In this document: in pieces, positions 30,855 through 32,000 of the stretch
How positions within the stretch are numbered: position 1 is the first letter of the stretch
Layout: the number at the start of each line of letters is the position of its first letter
NCBI RefSeq assembly: GCF_000284455.1
Contig: NC_017039.1
Location: 3,510,001 to 3,542,000 of the forward strand
Length of the DNA: 32,000 bases
Direction: 5' to 3'
From: Synechocystis sp. PCC 6803 substr. PCC-P
Lineage (GTDB): Bacteria > Cyanobacteriota > Cyanobacteriia > Cyanobacteriales > Microcystaceae
Notes under the pieces: model-generated
The model's database searches: none
What the model saw: only the letters and a program-made list of their open reading frames with translations
What the model was told of the DNA's origin: nothing
Program-made: the position numbers and the translations under genes

Positions 30855-31777
30855 GGCATCACCACTGTCCCTGCTTTCCCGTCAATAATGTCTAAGGCTT
30901 GATCAAGTTTGCCGATGCCACACCATTGCCCGGTGGTTTCTACAAAGCGACAGGCCGCTTCTACCTTTGGCCCCATGGAACCCGCTGCAAATCGGTAACG
31001 GCGTAGATTTTTCGGGGTGGTTTGCTCAAAACAGTGAGCGTAGTTGGTGCTCCAATTTTCATACACACCATCGACGTCCGTTAGGAGTAGTAAACCTTGG
31101 GCTTGGAGATTTTGCGCCAACAGAGCAGCGGCTAGATCTTTGTCAATCACCGCTTCCACCCCTTGCAATCCTCCGGCTTCATTAACCACCACAGGAATGC
31201 CACCGCCCCCGGCACAAACCACTAATGCGCCGCTCTTCACCAACAATTGAATGGTGGGTAGCTCAATAATCCTTTTGGGTTCTGGAGAAGCCACTACCCG
31301 GCGGTATCCCTGGCCGTCGGCGGCGATCGCCCAACCCCTTTCCTGGGCCAACTGTTGAGCTTGTTCCAGGGTATAAACCGGGCCAATGGGTTTGGTGGGT
31401 TGCAAAAAAGCTGGGTCCTGGCGATCGACCACAATTTGGGTCAATAGGGTGACCACATCCCGCCCAGGTAGTTGATTGCGTAATTCCTGCTCCAACAGGT
31501 AACCGATCATGCCTTCCGTTTCTGCCCCTAACACGTCCAAGGGATAGGGCTTACAGGATTTTTCGCACTCCCCCTGTAGGGCCAGTAACCCCACTTGGGG
31601 GCCGTTGCCATGGGTGACAACGACGGGATAATGCCGGGCAATTTTGGCGATCGCCAGAGCGGCAATGTGAATGTTAGCTTTCTGAATTTCCGCTTCCGGA
31701 GGTTGGCCCCTTTGCAGTAAAGCATTTCCGCCCAAAGCAATGACAATGGGTCTGGTGTTTTGGTTAGGAGAATTCAT
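30851..31777 (-). CDS. arcC: Carbamate kinase
   Basis: VIALGGNALLQRG, VVTHGNGPQVGLLALQ, VCAGGGGIPVV, AGSMGPKVEAACRFVE. Confidence 0.94.
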   Translation of the reverse strand: MNSPNQNTRPIVIALGGNALLQRGQPPEAEIQKANIHIAALAIAKIARHYPVVVTHGNGPQVGLLALQGECEKSCKPYPLDVLGAETEGMIGYLLEQELRNQLPGRDVVTLLTQIVVDRQDPAFLQPTKPIGPVYTLEQAQQLAQERGWAIAADGQGYRRVVASPEPKRIIELPTIQLLVKSGALVVCAGGGGIPVVVNEAGGLQGVEAVIDKDLAAALLAQNLQAQGLLLLTDVDGVYENWSTNYAHCFEQTTPKNLRRYRFAAGSMGPKVEAACRFVETTGQWCGIGKLDQALDIIDGKAGTVVMP

Positions 31778-32000
31778 TGGCTTTGCTCCCTAGCCCCCGA
31801 CGGGCTAAAAACAAATCCAAAGCTTTACCTAATCCCGGTTCTTTCGCCTCGGCGTAATCATAAAAAACCCGCACCAATGGTTTATTCAATGGGATTAATC
31901 GGCCCAGATCACTGGGGGTACCGGATACCACCACGTCAACTTCAGCGGCATTGAGGGTATCCGCTAAAGCTTGTAATTGGGCGGGGAAATAACCCATCGC
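31764..32000 (-). CDS. C-terminal end of a cyclic-2,3-diphosphoglycerate-synthase-like GTPase (gene continues beyond window)
   Basis: VDVVVSGTPSDLGRLIPLNKPLVRVFYDYAEAKEPGLGKALDLFLARRG matches the family C-terminus by recollection. Frame stays open through 32000. Confidence 0.6.
   Translation of the reverse strand, partial: AMGYFPAQLQALADTLNAAEVDVVVSGTPSDLGRLIPLNKPLVRVFYDYAEAKEPGLGKALDLFLARRGLGSKANEFS

Noticed and set aside
1-32000. CRISPR array, anti-phage island, prophage or toxin-antitoxin system
   Set aside because: I saw no regularly spaced direct repeats and no recognisable defence, phage or TA proteins. Apart from the transposase remnant, the content is housekeeping or photosynthetic.

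Overview
This window is an ordinary cyanobacterial chromosome segment. Gene order and protein sequences match my recollection of Synechocystis sp. PCC 6803; this is recall, not a database search. It is dense with core genes: htpG, glgC, anmK, prfA, surE, argG, purK, nrdB, arcC. It has no CRISPR array, no tRNA or rRNA that I could recognise, and one decayed transposase remnant at the left edge. The most interesting part is 10.2-14.7 kb. A divergent psbA (D1') copy is followed on the same strand by an ICMT/NnrU-type membrane methyltransferase, a TehB-like SAM methyltransferase, an exported rhodanese, a YgaP-like DUF2892 membrane protein, an alternative Rieske protein (petC2-like) and a DUF2214 membrane protein. 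I propose this as a candidate micro-oxic/sulfur-related photosynthesis accessory module. Secondary points of interest are a Pro-rich single-pass membrane protein paired with a PspA/IM30 paralogue, an epimerase plus ABC-2 polysaccharide export cluster with no perfect HIP1 sites, and arcC overlapping a cpgS-like GTPase at the right edge.
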